Assembly: GCA_950097015.1 (NCBI GenBank)
Contig: CATNEN010000032.1
Location: 1,116,001 to 1,180,000, forward strand
Direction: 5' to 3'
Length of the DNA stretch: 64,000 nucleotides
DNA from: Macrostomum hystrix
Lineage: Eukaryota; Animalia; Platyhelminthes
Shown: positions 58,735 to 64,000 of the stretch, one piece after another
How the letters are laid out: each line of letters begins with the position of its first letter
Position numbering within the stretch: the stretch's first letter is position 1
Program-made: the position numbers and the translations under genes
Notes under the pieces: model-generated
What the model saw: only the letters and a program-made list of their open reading frames with translations
The model's database searches: none
What the model was told of the DNA's origin: nothing

Positions 58735-61700
58735 TAGGGTTCTAGTTCAAATTAGGTTAGGGTTCTAGTTCAATTTAGGTTATTTTTCTAGTTCGATTTA
58801 GGTAGGTTTCTAGTTCAATTTAGGTTATGTTTCTAGTTCAATTTAGGTTATTTTTCTAGTTCGATTTAGGTTATGTTTCTAGTTCAATTTAGGTTATTTT
58901 TCTAGTTCGATTTAGGTTATGTTTCTAGTTCAATTTAGGTTAGGTTTCTAGTTCAATTTAGGTTATTTTTCTAGTTCGATTTAGGTTATGTTTCTAGTTC
59001 AATTTAGGTTAGGTTTCTAGTTCAATTTAGGTTATTTTTCTAGTTCGATTTAGGTTATGTTTCTAGTTCAATTTAGGTTAGGTTTCTAGTTCAATTTAGG
59101 TTAGGTTTCTAGTTCAATTTAGGTTATTTTTCTAGTTCGATTTAGGTTATGTTTCTAGTTCAATTTAGGTTAGGTTTCTAGTTCAATTTAGGTTAGGTTT
59201 CTAGTTCAATTTAGGTTATTTTTCTAGTTCGATTTAGGTTATGTTTCTAGTTCAATTTAGGTTAGGTTTCTAGTTCGATTTAGGTTATGTTTCTAGTTCA
59301 ATTTAGGTTATTTTTCTAGTTCAATTTAGGTTAGGTTTCTAGTTCAATTTAGGTTATGTTTCTAGTTCAATTTAGGTTATTTTTCTAGTTCAATTTAGGT
59401 TATGTTTCTAGTTCAATTTAGGTTAGGTTTCTAGTTCAATTTAGGTTATGTTTCTAGTTCAATTTAGGTTAGGTTTCTAGTTCAATTTAGGTTAGGTTTC
59501 TAGTTCAATTTAGGTTAGGTTTCTAGTTCAATTTAGGTTAGGTTTCTAGTTCGATTTAGGTTATGTTTCTAGTTCAATTTAGGTTAGGTTTCTAGTTCAA
59601 TTTAGGTTATTTTTCTAGTTCAATTTAGGTTAGGTTTCTAGTTCAATTTAGGTTATGTTTCTAGTTCAATTTAGGTTATGTTTCTAGTTCAATTTAGGTT
59701 AGGTTTCTAGTTCAATTTAGGTTAGGTTTCTAGTTCAATTTAGGTTAGGTTTCTAGTTCAATTTAGGTTAGGTTTCTATTTCAATTTAGGTAGGTTTCTA
59801 GTTCAATTTAGGTTAGGTTTCTAGTTCAATTTAGGTTAGGTTTCTAGTTCAATTTAGGTTAGGTTTCTAGTTCAATTTAGGTTAGGTTTCTAGTTCAATT
59901 TAGGTTAGGTTTCTAGTTCAATTTAGGTTAGGTTTCTAGTTCAATTTAGGTTAGGTTTCTAGTTCAATTTAGGTTGTGTTTCTAGTTCAATTTAGGTTAG
60001 GTTTCTAGTTCGATTTAGGTTAGGTTTCTAGTTCAATTTAGGTTAGGTTTCTAGTTCAATTTAGGTTAGGTTTCTAGTTCAATTTAGGTTAGGTTTCTAG
60101 TTCAATTTAGGTTAGGTTTCTAGTTCAATTTAGGTTAGGTTTCTAGTTCAATTTAGGTTATGTTTCTAGTTCAATTTAGGTTAGGTTTCTAGTTCGATTT
60201 AGGTTATGTTTCTAGTTCAATTTAGGTTAGGTTTCTAGTTCAATTTAGGTTAGGTTTCTAGTTCAATTTAGGTTAGGTTTCTAGTTCAATTTAGGTTAGG
60301 TTTCTAGTTCAATTTAGGTTAGGTTTCTAGTTCAATTTAGGTTAGGTTTCTAGTTCAATTTAGGTTAGGTTTCTAGTTCAATTTAGGTTAGGTTTCTAGT
60401 TCAATTTAGGTTATGTTTCTAGTTCAATTTAGGTTATGTTTCTAGTTCAATTTAGGTTAGGTTTCTAGTTCAATTTAGGTTAGGTTTCTAGTTCGATTTA
60501 GGTTAGGTTTCTAGTTCGATTTAGGTTATGTTTCTAGTTCAATTTAGGTTAGGTTTCTAGTTCAATTTAGGTTATGTTTCTAGTTCAATTTAGGTTATGT
60601 TTCTAGTTCAATTTAGGTTATGTTTCTAGTTCAATTTAGGTTATGTTTCTAGTTCAATTTAGGTTATGTTTCTAGTTCAATTTAGGTTATGTTTCTAGTT
60701 CAATTTAGGTTAGGTTTCTAGTTCAATTTAGGTTAGGTTTCTAGTTCAATTTAGGTTATTTTTCTAGTTCGATTTAGGTTATGTTTCTAGTTCAATTTAG
60801 GTTAGGTTTCTAGTTCAATTTAGGTTAGGTTTCTAGTTCAATTTAGGTTATTTTTCTAGTTCAATTTAGGTTAGGTTTCTAGTTCGATTTAGGTTATGTT
60901 TCTAGTTCAATTTAGGTTAGGTTTCTAGTTCAATTTAGGTTAGGTTTCTAGTTCGATTTAGGTTATGTTTCTAGTTCAATTTAGGTTATTTTTCTAGTTC
61001 AATTTAGGTTAGGTTTCTAGTTCAATTTAGGTTATGTTTCTAGTTCAATTTAGGTTATTTTTCTAGTTCAATTTAGGTTATGTTTCTAGTTCAATTTAGG
61101 TTAGGTTTCTAGTTCAATTTAGGTTATGTTTCTAGTTCAATTTAGGTTAGGTTTCTAGTTCAATTTAGGTTAGGTTTCTAGTTCAATTTAGGTTAGGTTT
61201 CTAGTTCAATTTAGGTTAGGTTTCTAGTTCGATTTAGGTTATGTTTCTAGTTCAATTTAGGTTAGGTTTCTAGTTCAATTTAGGTTATTTTTCTAGTTCA
61301 ATTTAGGTTAGGTTTCTAGTTCAATTTAGGTTATGTTTCTAGTTCAATTTAGGTTATGTTTCTAGTTCAATTTAGGTTAGGTTTCTAGTTCAATTTAGGT
61401 TAGGTTTCTAGTTCAATTTAGGTTAGGTTTCTAGTTCAATTTAGGTTATGTTTCTAGTTCAATTTAGGTTATGTTTCTAGTTCAATTTAGGTTAGGTTTC
61501 TAGTTCAATTTAGGTTAGGTTTCTAGTTCGATTTAGGTTATGTTTCTAGTTCAATTTAGGTTAGGTTTCTAGTTCAATTTAGGTTATTTTTCTAGTTCAA
61601 TTTAGGTTAGGTTTCTAGTTCAATTTAGGTTATGTTTCTAGTTCAATTTAGGTTATGTTTCTAGTTCAATTTAGGTTAGGTTTCTAGTTCAATTTAGGTT

Positions 61701-62000
61701 AGGTTTCTAGTTCAATTTAGGTTAGGTTTCTAGTTCAATTTAGGTTATGTTTCTAGTTCAATTTAGGTTATGTTTCTAGTTCAATTTAGGTAGGTTTCTA
61801 GTTCATTTTAGGTAGGTTTCTAGTTCAATTTAGGTTAGGTTTCTAGTTCAATTTAGGTTATGTTTCTAGTTCAATTTAGGTTAGGTTTCTAGTTCAATTT
61901 AGGTAGGTTTCTAGTTCAATTTAGGTTAGGTTTCTAGTTCAATTTAGGTAGGTTTCTAGTTCAATTTAGGTTAGGTTTCTAGTTCAATTTAGGTTAGGTT
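58735..62000. repeat. 23-bp satellite (ttaggttaggtttctagttcaat), about 140 copies, 3.25 kb
   Basis: Direct tandem units; strongly G/T-biased strand. Confidence 0.98.
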
Positions 62001-62719
62001 TTTTGTTTAATTTGGATTAGGTAAAGTTTAGGTAAGTGGCTACCATTTTGACAGTCTATTGAATGGAGGCTGTTTATGGGTTATATTTCCTACATCTATA
62101 TCTTGTAATGTCTTTCTAAAATAGTTTCTATGTTTGCACTTGATGTCAGAAGTTCAACGCTCACTGTTGAGCTTCGCCATTGTTTTGTATTGTTTTATTT
62201 GAGTTTGCTGTTTGAGTAAATCAGGCTGTCGAATTTTGTGTGCCATCGCAATGTGTGCTAACACATAATTGTTATGAATTATTGTAAGTCGCTTTTAAAA
62301 AGCGTATCTATCATTTCCTATGCATACTTCCCAGTGAGAGCGAATCGCATTGCATTATTACAGAAAAATTTACTAATCACCTTATACTTTCAAATAAAAA
62401 AGAATTAAACACGTATTTTGTCGTGTTTTTTCCCTCAAAAACTAGATTTCTTATTTTTTACCTATTCTGCATCTGTTTTTCCGTACCTCCTGTGCGCCGT
62501 ATTTCAGTCTGACCGGATTGGTTGTTTAAACAAAACTATAAATAATATCGCTTTCTTATTTTCTTTCTTCGATCTGCGCCTAGCGTTTGATCACGCGTGT
62601 ATTCTAACTACCGTTTCCTGTGCCATATTCTATCCCCTCTACTATTGCGTAATTATTATATGCGTCTTGTGTAATCTGAAGCTTTCCGATTGGCTACTAT
62701 CATAGTGTTCAGTATTGCG

Positions 62720-63466
62720 ACCCTACAAACCCTGTGTTACCAACCCTACGAACCCTGTATTACCAACCCTACGAACCCTGTATTACCAACCCTACGAACC
62801 CTGTATTACCAACCCTACGAACCCTGTATTACCAACCCTACGAACCCTGTATTACCAACCCTACGAACCCTGTGTTACCAACCCTACAAACCCTGTATTA
62901 CCAACCCTACGAACCCTATATTACCAACCCTACAAACCCTGTATTACCAACCCTACGAACCCTGTATTGCCAACCCTATACGAACCCTGTATTACCAACC
63001 CTACGAACCCTGTGTTACTAACCCTACAAACCCTGTATTACCAACCCTACGAACCCTGTGTTACCAACCCTACAAACCCTGTATTACCAACCCTACAAAC
63101 CCTGTGTTACCAACCCTGTACAAACCCTGTATTACCAACCCTACGAACCCTGTGTTACCAACCCTGTACAAACCCTGTATTACCAACCCTACGAACCCTG
63201 TGTTACCAACCCTACAAACCCTGTGTTACCAACCCTACGAACCCTGTGTTACCAACCCTACAAACCCTGTGTTACCAACCCTGTACAAACCCTGTATTAC
63301 CAACCCTACGAACCCTGTGTTACCAACCCTACAAACCCTGTATTACCAACCCTACAAACCCTGTGTTACCAACCCTACGAACCCTGTGTTACCAACCCTA
63401 CAAACCCTGTATTACCAAACCCTGTACAAACCCTGTATTACCAACCCTGTACAAACCCTGTATTAC
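62720..63466. repeat. About 23-bp minisatellite (accaaccctacgaaccctgtatt)
   Basis: Direct tandem units, each with two AACCCT hexamers. Confidence 0.96.
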
Positions 63467-64000
63467 CTATTCCTCTATTCACTACACAATTAGTACATTC
63501 GGTCCCGCTGTTTATGGCCTAACTTTACCAGATCGCTTTCAATTTACTGTTTTTGTATACCAACCCTGGTCATCAAAAGATTGGAGTCCGTCTCAGACTC
63601 GATGCGGTAGTTAAGTGTAGTAACAATAAACAACAGATTTTATTATTTTCAATTATTCGGTGATTCACCTGCTGCTGAATATTATTACATCATTTTCTCG
63701 GTTCGAACTCGGTTTCTGCTTTTATCTGTCATCTTCAAGAATTATAGAAACAAAATAAAAGTCTAATTATAAAAAACATGCTCTCTATTCAGTTTTGTTA
63801 TTCCGGATCGGAAACGAATTTATTCTCCTGGTATTTCTTTCACTAGCTCTGAAATCACGCTTTGATAAAAATTGAAATCATACGAAGACTGTTTGGACAT
63901 TTCGCGTACAAACTTACAACATTTAGACAACGAACCAATGCAAAAAGTTTAGCAATCTAACGTCTCAATGTAATAATTCTTGGACTCTGGCTCGCTGTTG

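Noticed and set aside
58735-62000. True telomere
   Set aside because: TTAGG is embedded in a 23-bp unit and ordinary sequence continues beyond the array.

Overview
Eukaryotic (metazoan) genomic DNA: GC-rich GT-AG spliced exons with poly-Q/poly-A runs, and introns and intergenic DNA filled with about 25 different mini/microsatellite arrays. This style suggests a flatworm such as Macrostomum (inference only, no search run). Five protein-coding genes can be built by hand: (1) an extracellular LRR protein on the minus strand running off the left edge, missed by the ORF track; (2) a 3-exon class A peptide-type GPCR (4251-10436, +); (3) a Scratch-type Snail-family C2H2 transcription factor (17325-19922, +); (4) an adhesion GPCR on the minus strand (core exons 35355-27990, probably extending to a signal-peptide exon at 48434); (5) an 8-exon J-domain / zinc-ribbon / TPR / UBA-like / RRM protein (51932-58435, +). 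Mobile DNA includes two hAT-type MITEs with perfect 8-bp TSDs, tRNA-derived SINEs, a decayed Ty3/Gypsy fragment and a candidate solo LTR. The most notable feature is a 1.6-kb element inserted in a (TTAG)n microsatellite in intron 2 of the class A GPCR. Its two near-identical ~340-bp direct repeats each carry a minimal type I hammerhead ribozyme on the minus strand, and they bracket a 150-bp tandem array with a Cys-rich ATG ORF. This is a candidate Penelope-associated, retrozyme-like non-autonomous retroelement with a predicted 1284-nt (possibly circular) RNA unit. All exon boundaries are manual predictions.
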